NCBI GenBank assembly: GCA_039638295.1
Contig: JBDIWJ010000013.1
Location: 1 to 37,677, forward strand
Origin: Candidatus Phoenicimicrobium oleiphilum
GTDB lineage: Bacteria > Atribacterota > Phoenicimicrobiia > Phoenicimicrobiales > Phoenicimicrobiaceae
Length of the DNA: 37,677 nt
Direction of reading: 5' to 3'
In this document: in pieces, positions 1 to 9,064 of the stretch
How positions within the stretch are numbered: the first letter of the stretch is position 1
Layout: every line of letters begins with the position of its first letter
Notes under the pieces: model-generated
What the model was told of the DNA's origin: nothing
The model's database searches: none
The model's input: the letters and a program-made list of their open reading frames with translations, nothing else
Position numbers and translations under genes: made by a program

Positions 1-72
1 TTCTTCAATTACTTTATCTTTTAACCCGATATAAGTGAATAGATTTACTTTCTTAACTTTGCAAACCGCCAT
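1..72 (-). CDS. ntpI: V/A-type ATP synthase subunit I, 5' end only (runs off window)
   Basis: Manual translation from ATG at 72 gives MAVCKVKKVNLFTYIGLKDKVIEE, resembling the MAIxKMKK N-terminus of subunit I. The start overlaps the upstream stop (TAATG) and follows a subunit H-like gene. Confidence 0.7.
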   Translation of the reverse strand, partial: MAVCKVKKVNLFTYIGLKDKVIEE

Positions 73-386
73 TATAATTCAACAACCCTCTTAATTATGA
101 TTTCAACTGCTTTGTCTACTTTCGCCATCGCTTTTTTATAAATCGCATCTCTTTCTTTAATACTTTTATTAATAATATTCTCCGCTTCTTCCCTTGCTAT
201 TTTTTCTTCTTTTTTAATCATTAATTCCCCTTTCGCAAGGGTTTCTTTTTTAACCTGTTCTTTAATTTTTTCTGATTCCAATTGAGCCTCTTTAATTATT
301 TTAATTGCTCTATCTTCTGCTTCTTTAATAATTTTATCAGCAACATTTTCAACTTCTTTGACTTCTTCAATAATTTTGCTTATCAA
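72..386 (-). CDS. V/A-type ATP synthase subunit H (G/NtpF-like peripheral stalk subunit)
   Basis: E/K/A-rich helical protein of about 104 aa (IEEVKEVENVADKIIKEAEDRA...KAVEIIIKRV) directly before subunit I. TTG at 386 sits better behind the GAGGTGGAG RBS than the GTG at 395 used by the track. Confidence 0.75.
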   Translation of the reverse strand: MISKIIEEVKEVENVADKIIKEAEDRAIKIIKEAQLESEKIKEQVKKETLAKGELMIKKEEKIAREEAENIINKSIKERDAIYKKAMAKVDKAVEIIIKRVVEL

Positions 387-423
387 AATCTCCACCTCAT
401 TATTTATAAAAAATACTTGTAAA

Positions 424-452
424 ATTATAACATAGTCAATTATCTATCTCAA
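424..452 (-). promoter_or_regulatory. sigma70-type promoter for the V/A-ATPase operon
   Basis: Minus strand TTGAGA (452-447), 17 nt spacer, TATAAT (429-424) with an extended TGn. Confidence 0.6.
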
Positions 453-478
453 TATATTACCACATTTGTACATTATGT

Positions 479-1534
479 TTAAATATTTTTTATTTCCTCT
501 AACAATCTATTTATTATTATTTTATCACTAAATTTTCCTATTATTTTACCTCTCTTAAAGAGTATAGCAGTTTTTTTATGATATGCTATACCTATATCAG
601 CATCTCTTGCCTCACCTGGTCCGTTCACCATACATCCCATAACCGCGATAGTAATTGTCTTATTAATATTAAAAACATTTTTTTCTACCTTTTTAACAAT
701 TTCTTTAAGGTCAACCTTACATCTTGCACAGGTGGGACAGGAAATTAAATTTGGCCCTCTTTGTCTAAGATGTAATGCTTTTAATATTTCATACCCAACT
801 TTTATTTCTTCTACTGGATCATCGGTTAATGAAACTCTAATAGTGTTACCAATCCCTTGGTGTAAAAGTATTCCAATACCGACAGAGGATTTTATAATTC
901 CTGAAAAAGGAGGACCAGCTTCGGTAATCCCTAAATGTAAAGGATAACTATATTTAGAAGAAAACATAATGTTTGCATCTATAGTATCAATCACATTTGT
1001 AGATTTAATAGAAAAAATTACATTGTGGTAATCAACTTCTTCTAATATTGCAATAATATTGTTCACGCTTTCCATTAGAGCTTGAGGAGTAACCTTTTTA
1101 TATTTTTTTAAAATATTATTATCTAATGAACCAGAATTTATTCCAAATCTAATTGGTAAATTTTTTTCTTTTGCCGATCTTATAATTGATTTAATCTTTT
1201 CTATATCTTTTATATTCCCAGGATTTATTCTTAACCCATCTACCCCAGATTCCATAGATTTCAAGGCTAATTTATAATCAAAATGAATATCTGCAACTAA
1301 AGGTATATTAATTTCCTTTTTAATTAAGGGAAGTGAGTGACACGATTCTAAATCAGGTACAGCTACTCTTACTAATTCACAACCTTCTTTTTCCATACTT
1401 TTTATTTGAGCTATGGTAGCTGGAACATTCTTTGTGTCAGTATTAGTCATAGATTGTACAGAAACAGAGGCATTGCCCCCAATTATTAAATTACCTACTT
1501 TTACTGCTCTGGTCTGTTCTCGTGTATATAACAT
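479..1534 (-). CDS. ispG: 4-hydroxy-3-methylbut-2-en-1-yl diphosphate synthase
   Basis: Motifs VQSMTNT, PLVADIHF, RINPGN, HLGITEAG, SCPTCAR, AVMGCMVNGPGEA. Start set at MLYTREQ (1534); the track extension to 1564 runs into a repeat. Confidence 0.97.
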   Translation of the reverse strand: MLYTREQTRAVKVGNLIIGGNASVSVQSMTNTDTKNVPATIAQIKSMEKEGCELVRVAVPDLESCHSLPLIKKEINIPLVADIHFDYKLALKSMESGVDGLRINPGNIKDIEKIKSIIRSAKEKNLPIRFGINSGSLDNNILKKYKKVTPQALMESVNNIIAILEEVDYHNVIFSIKSTNVIDTIDANIMFSSKYSYPLHLGITEAGPPFSGIIKSSVGIGILLHQGIGNTIRVSLTDDPVEEIKVGYEILKALHLRQRGPNLISCPTCARCKVDLKEIVKKVEKNVFNINKTITIAVMGCMVNGPGEARDADIGIAYHKKTAILFKRGKIIGKFSDKIIINRLLEEIKNI

Positions 1535-1546
1535 TTTCCAATTTTT

Positions 1547-1610
1547 CCCTTGAGCACGATGCATCGTACCTCTACCTTAACTATTTTGTCTACTTTTGGG
1601 TTTCAATCAT
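1547..1610. repeat. Family C partial copy containing a GTAG-REP-like palindrome
   Basis: Minus strand GTAGAGGTACGATGCATCGTGCTCA (1575-1551). The region aligns over about 64 nt with 32357-32420. Confidence 0.75.
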
Positions 1611-2656
1611 TTATTGAATAAAATTCTTAAAATATCTTTATAAGTTGCAAAAATAAATATAATCATAATAATTGATATCCCGATAAGATAAATAAAATTT
1701 ATTTTTTCAGCTTCTAATGGTTTCCCTCTCAGTTTCTCTATAATTAAAATAATAATATGTCCCCCATCTAAAGCTGGGATGGGTAAAAGATTGAATAATC
1801 CTATAAAAATACTTAATATTGCTGTAAAATACAATAAATTTAAAAAACCAAGTTTGGCTGCTTCACCAGTCATTTGAGCTATACCTAAAGGCCCAGCTAT
1901 CTCAACTGGTACTTTGCCGGTAATCATTTCCATAGTATTGGAAAATATTAATTTAATAACATTTACAGTAGTGAAAAGGCCTTTATTAAATGCAGAAAAT
2001 ATACTAATCTTTTTAACTGATACTTCAAGTTCTATCCCTATCCTAAACTTATTGTAATTTTCATCATATTCGGGCATAACAGAGATATCATTACTTTTCC
2101 CATTTCTATCTAGAGTTATATTTAATATTTTATCGGAATTTTTGTTGATGATTTCCGAAATTTCTTTCGGGTCATCTATTTTTGTTGAATTAATGGCAAT
2201 TATCTTATCCCCGGGAAGAATCCCAGCTTGATCAGCGGGTCCATTCTCTATAACTGTAGAAATACTATTAGTGATTACTGGAATTCCAATAATAAAAAAT
2301 ATCAGGCTAAATATGATAATTGCGGTAAAAATATTCATAAAAGGGCCTAATGCTACAATTAATGCTCTTACTCCCAATGGTTTCTTATCAAATCTCTGAT
2401 TCTCGGGGACTTTTTCTTCTGTTGTCTCCATATTTTCTTGTCCCATTTCTCCAGCCATTTTTACAAAACCACCAATAGGAATTAAACAAACTAGATATTC
2501 TGTTTCATTTTTATAAAATCCAAATATTTTTGGACCCATACCAAAAGCAAATTTATGTACTCTTACCCCAGATATTTTAGCACTAATAAAATGTCCAAAT
2601 TCATGGAAAAAAACTAAGATACTAAATACAAATATAAATGCAATTATAGTTAACAA
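1607..2656 (-). CDS. rseP: Site-2 intramembrane zinc metalloprotease with PDZ domain
   Basis: HEFGH zinc motif, GGFVKM, GPFMN, PDZ region, NLLPIPALDGG; lies between dxr and ispG. Confidence 0.96.
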   Translation of the reverse strand: MLTIIAFIFVFSILVFFHEFGHFISAKISGVRVHKFAFGMGPKIFGFYKNETEYLVCLIPIGGFVKMAGEMGQENMETTEEKVPENQRFDKKPLGVRALIVALGPFMNIFTAIIIFSLIFFIIGIPVITNSISTVIENGPADQAGILPGDKIIAINSTKIDDPKEISEIINKNSDKILNITLDRNGKSNDISVMPEYDENYNKFRIGIELEVSVKKISIFSAFNKGLFTTVNVIKLIFSNTMEMITGKVPVEIAGPLGIAQMTGEAAKLGFLNLLYFTAILSIFIGLFNLLPIPALDGGHIIILIIEKLRGKPLEAEKINFIYLIGISIIMIIFIFATYKDILRILFNK

Positions 2657-2677
2657 TTTTTCTCTCCTAAAGTTAAT

Positions 2678-3841
2678 TTAAGCTTTGTCTTTACACAATG
2701 ATAGTGCAGTTTTTCTAGCCCAGTAATCAGCATCGAAAATATCTTCAAGACTGGGATTTTGTTTAGGTATGTGATTTTTCATAGTATTTTCAATAATTAT
2801 AGGTATTTCGGTAATATTTATATAATTATTTAAAAAAGCATTAACTGCAATTTCATTTGCTCCATTTAATACTGCAGGCATTGTTCCCCCCACTTCTAAT
2901 GCATTATAAGCAAGTTTTATGCAAGGAAATTTATTGAAACGCGGTCTTTTAAAAGTTAATTGACCTATCTTGGTAAAATCTAATCGATTATAATTGTTAA
3001 TAACTCTATCTGGGTAAAACAAGGCAAATTGAATAGGAATTCTCATATCATGTTCACTCAAATGAGCTAAAATTGTGCCATCTACAAATTGGACCATTGA
3101 ATGTACATAGCTTTGGGGGTGAATTAAAATTTCTATTTTTTGGGGTGATATATCAAATAACCATCGAGCTTCAATAACTTCTAACCCCTTGTTCATTAAA
3201 GTTGCAGAATCGATGGTAACCTTTTCTCCCATTTTCCAAGTAGGATGATTTAAAGCATCCACAACGGAAATACTTTTTAATGCTGAATCGGTTAAGTTGT
3301 ATAATGACCCGCCAGAGGCAGTTAATATAATTTTTTCTATACCACTTTTTTGCTCGTTCTTTAGACATTGAAATATTGCGCTGTGTTCACTATCTATAGG
3401 TAAAATGGTCACCTTTTGCGCTTTAGCTTCTCTTGCTAAAATATCACCTGCTACTACTATTGCCTCTTTACTAGCTAAGGCAATTTTTTTCCCGTGTTTT
3501 ATAGCTTCAAAGGTTGGTAAAAGAGAGGCAATCCCGGTTATAGCTATAACTACTATATCTACCTCTTCTAAGGTCGATATTCTCGTTAGTCCTTCTACTC
3601 CCCAATATATTTTCGTCTTATTAAGGTTGTTTATTTCATTTTTCAATTTTTTTGCCAGTGATTCATTTCTAACTACCGATATATTAGGTTGGAATGTAAT
3701 TATCTGTTCTTTTAATAGTTTAATATTTTCCCAACCACTCAAACCTACAACTTCAAATTCACCAGGATGTTTTTGAATAACCTCTAAAGTTTGTCTTCCA
3801 ACAGAACCGGTTGATCCTAATATAACTATTTTTCTTTTCAT
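2678..3841 (-). CDS. dxr: 1-deoxy-D-xylulose 5-phosphate reductoisomerase
   Basis: ILGSTGSVG, LPIDSEHSAIFQ, HPTWKMG, DSATLMNKGLEVIEA. Start set at MKRKIVIL. Confidence 0.97.
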   Translation of the reverse strand: MKRKIVILGSTGSVGRQTLEVIQKHPGEFEVVGLSGWENIKLLKEQIITFQPNISVVRNESLAKKLKNEINNLNKTKIYWGVEGLTRISTLEEVDIVVIAITGIASLLPTFEAIKHGKKIALASKEAIVVAGDILAREAKAQKVTILPIDSEHSAIFQCLKNEQKSGIEKIILTASGGSLYNLTDSALKSISVVDALNHPTWKMGEKVTIDSATLMNKGLEVIEARWLFDISPQKIEILIHPQSYVHSMVQFVDGTILAHLSEHDMRIPIQFALFYPDRVINNYNRLDFTKIGQLTFKRPRFNKFPCIKLAYNALEVGGTMPAVLNGANEIAVNAFLNNYINITEIPIIIENTMKNHIPKQNPSLEDIFDADYWARKTALSLCKDKA

Positions 3842-3876
3842 AAAATTAATCCTATTCTTTTTGCAATATATTTTTA

Positions 3877-4695
3877 TCAAGATAAATAAATTATATAATA
3901 ATAAAATACTGGAGCAGTAAATAATATACTATCCAAACAATCCAATATTCCCCCATGTCCGGGAACTATATTGCTAGAATCTTTGACTCCAGAACATCTT
4001 TTTATCATAGATTCGAATAAATCTCCAAGTTGTGCTATTGTGGCAATAATCAATCCAAGAAATATTAATTTAGTAAAACTTAAATTTAACCAATTTTTTA
4101 GTATAAATACACATAAAATACTAAAAATAATTCCTCCAATTGATCCCTCTAATGATTTTTTGGGACTTATTCTAGGGCACATTTTATTTTTACCAAATTT
4201 TGTACCGACAAGATAAGCTGCTGAATCATTTACCCAGATTGTGAATAATAAAGAAAGTAGAAAATAGTCGCCATTTGGTAAAAATTTTATTTTCAATATA
4301 AATGAGGATAAATATCCTAAATAAATACCACTAAAAATGCTAATAGACATATTAGGTAATAACTTAGAATAATCTTTTTTAAATAATTGGACAAAAGAAT
4401 ACAAGATAACTGTAAAGACAATAATTATTTCTTTATCGTATACAAATTTTAAATTATAAAAGTTAATAATAATCGAACCAATAAAATAAAAAGACAGTAT
4501 AAATCCCAATGCAATAGAAGGTTCAAAGCCAATTTTACGAACCATCTTAAACAGCTCGTTCAAACCTAAACTAACCAAAACTATTAGCAATATAAAAAGG
4601 GGGAATTGTCCCCATAATATTATTAAAATTACTAAAGGAACACTAATAATAATGGTGAGTATTCTTTTTATAAAATTATTATACTCTTCCGCCAA
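3877..4695 (-). CDS. cdsA: Phosphatidate cytidylyltransferase
   Basis: Multi-TM protein with ISPKKSLEG and GDLFESMIKRCSGVKDS...PGHGGILD. Confidence 0.95.
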   Translation of the reverse strand: MAEEYNNFIKRILTIIISVPLVILIILWGQFPLFILLIVLVSLGLNELFKMVRKIGFEPSIALGFILSFYFIGSIIINFYNLKFVYDKEIIIVFTVILYSFVQLFKKDYSKLLPNMSISIFSGIYLGYLSSFILKIKFLPNGDYFLLSLLFTIWVNDSAAYLVGTKFGKNKMCPRISPKKSLEGSIGGIIFSILCVFILKNWLNLSFTKLIFLGLIIATIAQLGDLFESMIKRCSGVKDSSNIVPGHGGILDCLDSILFTAPVFYYYIIYLS

Positions 4696-5419
4696 ATTTT
4701 CTCACTCTTTTTTGAAAATCTTTTATTGCTTCTATTAAGTTATTTTTACCAAAATCAGGCCAATAGACTGGAGTTACCCAAAATTCTGTGTAGGCAATTT
4801 GCCAGAGCATAAAGTTACTTATTCTCATTTCACCGGCTGTCCTGATTAATAGATCAGGATCTGGAAGTCTGTAAGTATATAAATTATTTCTCACAATCTC
4901 ATCGTTTATTTCTTCAATTTGTATTTTCTTTTTAGAGACTTGTAATATAATAGATTTAATTGCATCAACTATTTCTGCTCTTCCTCCATAATTAATCGCA
5001 ATATTTAGTATTAACTTATTATTATTTTCAGTCAGTTCAGCTAACTCAATCATATTTTTAACTAATATATCAGGGAAATCCTTAATTCTACCTAAAAAGT
5101 TAACTTTTATATTATTTTTATTCAAATTCTCTTTTTCCCTATTTAAGGTTTCATTAAATAATCTTATTAGAAATGATACTTCGTTTTTAGAACGTTTCCA
5201 ATTTTCAGTAGAGAAAGCGAATAAAGTTAATATGGGTATATTTAGCTCTAAGCAACTGGAAATTACTCTTTTAACTGCTTTTACCCCCTCTTTATGGCCA
5301 AAACTTCGAGGCAATCCTTTCATCTTTGCCCAGCGAGCATTTCCATCCATTATAATGGCTAAATGTTTAGGTATATTTTTTTTATCTATCAATTCACTTT
5401 GAATATCATTTTTTATCAC
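4679..5419 (-). CDS. uppS: Undecaprenyl diphosphate synthase
   Basis: HLAIIMDGNARWA, FAFSTENWKR, NYGGRAEI, PDLLIRTAGEMRISNFMLWQ. Confidence 0.97.
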   Translation of the reverse strand: MIKNDIQSELIDKKNIPKHLAIIMDGNARWAKMKGLPRSFGHKEGVKAVKRVISSCLELNIPILTLFAFSTENWKRSKNEVSFLIRLFNETLNREKENLNKNNIKVNFLGRIKDFPDILVKNMIELAELTENNNKLILNIAINYGGRAEIVDAIKSIILQVSKKKIQIEEINDEIVRNNLYTYRLPDPDLLIRTAGEMRISNFMLWQIAYTEFWVTPVYWPDFGKNNLIEAIKDFQKRVRKFGGRV

Positions 5420-5443
5420 TAATTATCACCTGTATATAAAAAT

Positions 5444-5690
5444 ACCCCCTTTTAAATTAGTCGTTAGTTTATCGTATCGCATATTGCGTATCGATTATTA
5501 TATTATATAATGACATGGTTACCTTGTTTACCAGTTATTCAATTAATTTTAATCATTAAACTGAGGTAAATGGTAAACTTGTGCCCGTGAAAACGGGTAT
5601 TGGATAACTGGTTAAATACCTTAACGACATACGAAATAAAACTTATGGGAAAAAGTAATTTTTCGTATAATCTAATTTATAAAAGGGGGT
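5444..5690. repeat. Composite structured insert between the two arms of a probable terminator
   Basis: ACCCCCTTTTAAATTAG (5444-5460) and CTAATTTATAAAAGGGGGT (5672-5690) are inverted repeats. Inside are AATTAGTCGTTAGT with heptamers, an inner IR (5531-5543/5599-5611) and CCCGT-GAAA-ACGGG (5584-5597). Confidence 0.65.
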
Positions 5691-5697
5691 TTTATTT

Positions 5698-5868
5698 TTA
5701 TTCCTCAATTATTGCTTCATTTGGGCAAACACTAACGCAAGTTCCACATTCTGTGCAAATATCTTGGTCAATTACGTAAATGTCTTCTCCTTCACTAATT
5801 GCTTCCGCCGGGCATTCTTCCATACATAAACCGCATTTAACACATTCTTCAGTGATCTTGTATGCCAT
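5698..5868 (-). CDS. 2[4Fe-4S] clostridial-type ferredoxin, 56 aa (not in ORF track)
   Basis: Manual translation [56 protein letters not shown] has two CxxCxxCxxxCP motifs; AAGGAGGAG RBS upstream. Confidence 0.96.
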   Translation of the reverse strand: MAYKITEECVKCGLCMEECPAEAISEGEDIYVIDQDICTECGTCVSVCPNEAIIEE

Positions 5869-5918
5869 TCAATGCTCCTCCTTTCTGTATTATTAGATAG
5901 ATTAGATACTGAAATATC

Positions 5919-6476
5919 TTATACTTCCATAATTTCTTTTTCTTTAAGGTCTAATAACTTATCAATCTTTTCTATATATTCATCAGTTAAGTTTTGAACT
6001 TTTTTCTGGTATTCTTTGCATTCATCTTCTGAAATACTACTATCTTTTTCATATTTTTTTAATAAATCATTGGATTCCCGTCTTATATTTCTTATGGCAA
6101 CTTTTCCTTTCTCAGCTTCTTTTTTTACCAATTTTACTAATTCTTTACGCCTTTCTTCATTCAATGGCGGAATGGAAAGGCGAATTATATTTCCATCATT
6201 AACAGGGGATAATCCTAAATCAGATTTCCAAATAGTTTTTTCAATGTCAGAAAGACATTTTTTATCCCATGGTTGAATTATTATTAAATTAGATTCAGGA
6301 ATAGAAATATTGGCAATTTGCTTTAAGGGAGTTAAAACACCGTAATAGTTTATTTTTAGCCCATCTAATAAGGTTGCGGAAGCTCTTCCTGTTCTTATAT
6401 GTACGAACTCATCTTTTATTGTGTTAACTGCTTTTTCCATTTTCTTCTTTGTATCATCTAATAATTTGGACAGCAT
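5919..6476 (-). CDS. frr: Ribosome recycling factor
   Basis: IRTGRAS, IQPWDK, IPPLNEERRKELVK, AIRNIRR. Confidence 0.98.
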   Translation of the reverse strand: MLSKLLDDTKKKMEKAVNTIKDEFVHIRTGRASATLLDGLKINYYGVLTPLKQIANISIPESNLIIIQPWDKKCLSDIEKTIWKSDLGLSPVNDGNIIRLSIPPLNEERRKELVKLVKKEAEKGKVAIRNIRRESNDLLKKYEKDSSISEDECKEYQKKVQNLTDEYIEKIDKLLDLKEKEIMEV

Positions 6477-6481
6477 ATTTT

Positions 6482-7201
6482 TTATTCCCCCTTTACTACG
6501 GTCCCAATTTTTTCTCCAATTATGACTCTTTTAATATTTCCTACTGTATTTAAATTAAATACTATGACCGGAATATTGTTTTCCATGCATAACGAGATAG
6601 AAGTTGCATCCATAACTTTTAAACCTTTATTTAAAAATTCAAGAAATCCTAATTTATTAAATTTTACTGCCTTTGAATTTTTTAAAGGATCGGATTCATA
6701 TATGCCATCAACTTTAGTAGCTTTAAGTATTGCTTCGGCATTTAATTCTATGGCTCTTAAGGCAGCAGCTGTATCTGTAGTAAAATAAGGGTTTCCTGTT
6801 CCAGCAGCTAGAATTACTATTCTTCCTTTTTCTAAATGTCTAATGGCTCTTCTTCTTATATATGGTTCAGCAATTGCCTTCATATCAATTGCGGTTTGAA
6901 CCCTGGTTTCAACATTTAACTTTTCTAATGAATCTTGAAGGGCTAGTGCATTTATCACCGTGGCTAACATACCCATATAATCTGCTGAAACACGATTTAT
7001 ACCCTTTTCGCTGCCTTCCTGGCCTCTAAAAATATTACCACCACCTATTACAATTGCTACTTGCACTCCTAATTGTCTTATTTCATTTATCTCTTGAGAA
7101 ATAAAATTAATTTTTTTTGTATCAATCCCGTAACCCTTTTCTCCCGAGAGTGATTCTCCGCCAAGTTTTAAGAGAATTCTCTTGTATACAGGCTTCTTCA
7201 T
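6482..7201 (-). CDS. pyrH: Uridylate kinase
   Basis: [43 protein letters not shown]. Confidence 0.98.
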   Translation of the reverse strand: MKKPVYKRILLKLGGESLSGEKGYGIDTKKINFISQEINEIRQLGVQVAIVIGGGNIFRGQEGSEKGINRVSADYMGMLATVINALALQDSLEKLNVETRVQTAIDMKAIAEPYIRRRAIRHLEKGRIVILAAGTGNPYFTTDTAAALRAIELNAEAILKATKVDGIYESDPLKNSKAVKFNKLGFLEFLNKGLKVMDATSISLCMENNIPVIVFNLNTVGNIKRVIIGEKIGTVVKGE

Positions 7202-7297
7202 AATTTTTTATCCTTCGTCATATTTTCCTATACATATATGATAATAGCTAAATAACCAACGAAAAATGCAATTTACAATCTAACTACCTAACTGATT

Positions 7298-7897
7298 TTA
7301 AATTTCTTCACCCAGTTTAAATCTCGCAAATCTTTTTATTATAATATTTTCGCCTAATTTTCCTATTGTCTCTAATAGTAATTCATTAACAGTTTTGCTA
7401 TCATCCTTTATGAATGGTTGTTCTAATAGGCAATTTTCCTGGAAATATTTTTCTAATTTACCTTCAACAATTTTTTCAAGTATCTTAGCTGGCTTATTTG
7501 TTTTTTCCATTTGGGCGTAGAATATTTCCTTCTCTTTATCTATTATGCTTTTGGGAACATCATTTCTGGTGATGTATTTGGGATTTGTTGCCGCAATTTG
7601 CATAGCAATATCTTTTACAAAATTTTTAAACTCTTCAGTGTTGGCAACAAAATCTGTTTCACAATTTACCTCGACTAAAACTCCTATCTTGCCATATAAA
7701 TGAATATAGGATTCTACCTTGCCACTTAATGCTTGCCTTTTAAATTTCGAAGAAGCGGTGTTAATTCCTTTTTTACGTAAATATTCTATTGCCTTTTCCA
7801 AATTACCTTGACAAGCTTTCAATGCCTCTTTGCAATCCATAATTCCAGCACTAGTTTTTGTTCGTAATTCTTTTACCATTTGAGCATTAATATTCAT
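7298..7897 (-). CDS. tsf: Elongation factor Ts, short form (199 aa)
   Basis: VKELRTKTSAGIMDCKEAL, EVNCETDFVA, RFARFKLGE. Start at MNINAQMV behind an AAGGAG RBS. Confidence 0.97.
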   Translation of the reverse strand: MNINAQMVKELRTKTSAGIMDCKEALKACQGNLEKAIEYLRKKGINTASSKFKRQALSGKVESYIHLYGKIGVLVEVNCETDFVANTEEFKNFVKDIAMQIAATNPKYITRNDVPKSIIDKEKEIFYAQMEKTNKPAKILEKIVEGKLEKYFQENCLLEQPFIKDDSKTVNELLLETIGKLGENIIIKRFARFKLGEEI

Positions 7898-7930
7898 TTT
7901 TTTCTCCTTGTCTAACTTCATTACTTTTAC

Positions 7931-8647
7931 TTATGTTGCAACGGTTTCAACTTCTTTTTCTACCATTGATTTTTTCCCTTCAATAACTGCATCTGCAATA
8001 ACTGAAGAAATTAGTTTTACTGCTCTTATAGCATCATCGTTTCCTGGAATTATATAATCAATTTCATCTGGGTTACAATTAGTATCTACAATAGCAACTA
8101 TAGGAATGGATAATTTTTTTGCTTCAGCAACTGCGATATTCTCTTTTTTAGGATCAACTACAAAAATTACATCTGGAAGTTTTTCCATATTTCTAATTCC
8201 AGTCAACAATTTCTCTAATTTCTCTTTTTCTCTTTTTAAACTCATTACTTCTTTTTTTGGTAAAACTTCGAATGTTTTATTATTCTCCATTTCTTCTAAC
8301 TCTAAAAGTCTTTTAACCCTTTTTCTGATTGTATCAAAATTGGTTAAAGTTCCTCCTAGCCATCTATAGTTTACATAGAACATTCCACATCTTTCAGCTT
8401 CACTTTTAATTGATTCCTGTGCTTGTTTTTTTGTTCCTATGAATAGTATATTTCCATTTTTACTTGCAATTTCTCTTACAAAATCATAAGCTACATCAAT
8501 TAATTTTACAGTTTGTTGAAGGTCTATAATGTATATATTATTTCTATTTGTGAATATATACGGTTTCATCCTGGGGTCCCACCGTCTCATCTGATGGCCA
8601 AAATGAACTCCTGCCTCCAATAAATTTTTCATTGAAACTACACTCAT
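7931..8647 (-). CDS. rpsB: 30S ribosomal protein S2
   Basis: [31 protein letters not shown]. Confidence 0.99.
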   Translation of the reverse strand: MSVVSMKNLLEAGVHFGHQMRRWDPRMKPYIFTNRNNIYIIDLQQTVKLIDVAYDFVREIASKNGNILFIGTKKQAQESIKSEAERCGMFYVNYRWLGGTLTNFDTIRKRVKRLLELEEMENNKTFEVLPKKEVMSLKREKEKLEKLLTGIRNMEKLPDVIFVVDPKKENIAVAEAKKLSIPIVAIVDTNCNPDEIDYIIPGNDDAIRAVKLISSVIADAVIEGKKSMVEKEVETVAT

Positions 8648-8714
8648 CTATCATCCTCCATTTTTTATTTTTATATTTTATATTTCTAATCTTAAAATAT
8701 TATATCTACTTTAA

Positions 8715-8870
8715 ATCATTGTCAAGGGAGTAAGCTCCACCGAAGTTCATCTGCCTTTTGTTATTCCTTTTCGGTTTTATACAATATCTTTCCTGACAAT
8801 CTTGTTAGAATATATTGTTTTTTAAAAAAATATTCATTAAGAGCATCGGAATTTTTGAAATTCCGATGCT
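8715..8870. repeat. Family A copy 1 (degenerate left end, intact right IR and palindrome)
   Basis: ATTGTCAAGGGAGTAAGCTCC ... TCCTGACAATCTTGTTAGAAT ... GAGCATCGGAATTTTTGAAATTCCGATGCT. Confidence 0.9.
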
Positions 8871-8906
8871 AAAATATATATATAATAAGCGCACAAAATC
8901 AAAAAT

Positions 8907-8935
8907 AGTATAACATAGTTTTTTTTCTAAATCAA
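8907..8935 (-). promoter_or_regulatory. sigma70-type promoter of the rpsB-tsf operon
   Basis: Minus strand TTGATT (8935-8930), 17 nt spacer, TATACT (8912-8907) with an extended TGn. Confidence 0.65.
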
Positions 8936-8946
8936 GAAAATAATAC

Positions 8947-8977
8947 CGTATCTCGTATTTCGTGAATCGTATCTCGT
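8947..8977. repeat. Heptamer tandem array (CGTATCT-type)
   Basis: CGTATCT CGTATTT CGTGAAT CGTATCT CGT. Confidence 0.85.
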
Positions 8978-8978
8978 G

Positions 8979-9050
8979 CAAGATTGTCAGGGGAGTAAAC
9001 TCTCCTAAAACCTCTCTATTTCCTTTTTACTCCATTTCGATTTTACATAT
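8979..9050. repeat. Family A copy 2 (left part only)
   Basis: CAAGATTGTCAGGGGAGTAAACTCTCCTAAAACCTCTCTATT...TTACTCCATTTCGATTTTA. Confidence 0.9.
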
Positions 9051-9064
9051 TATATAACCAAATG

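Noticed and set aside
1535..1564. N-terminal extensions in the ORF track (ispG, also dxr, tsf, hslU, rnhB, fabG, acpP, rpmF)
   Set aside because: They are longest-ORF artefacts; downstream starts have better RBS placement or match family N-termini, and the ispG extension reads through a repeat.
7240..7298. Weak octamer-like periodicity (CTAACTAC CTAACTGA) between tsf and pyrH
   Set aside because: Only two units, too short to distinguish from chance.
7298..7897. Short 199-aa EF-Ts as a truncation
   Set aside because: The short form is a known natural type (for example in Thermus and cyanobacteria) and both termini are intact.
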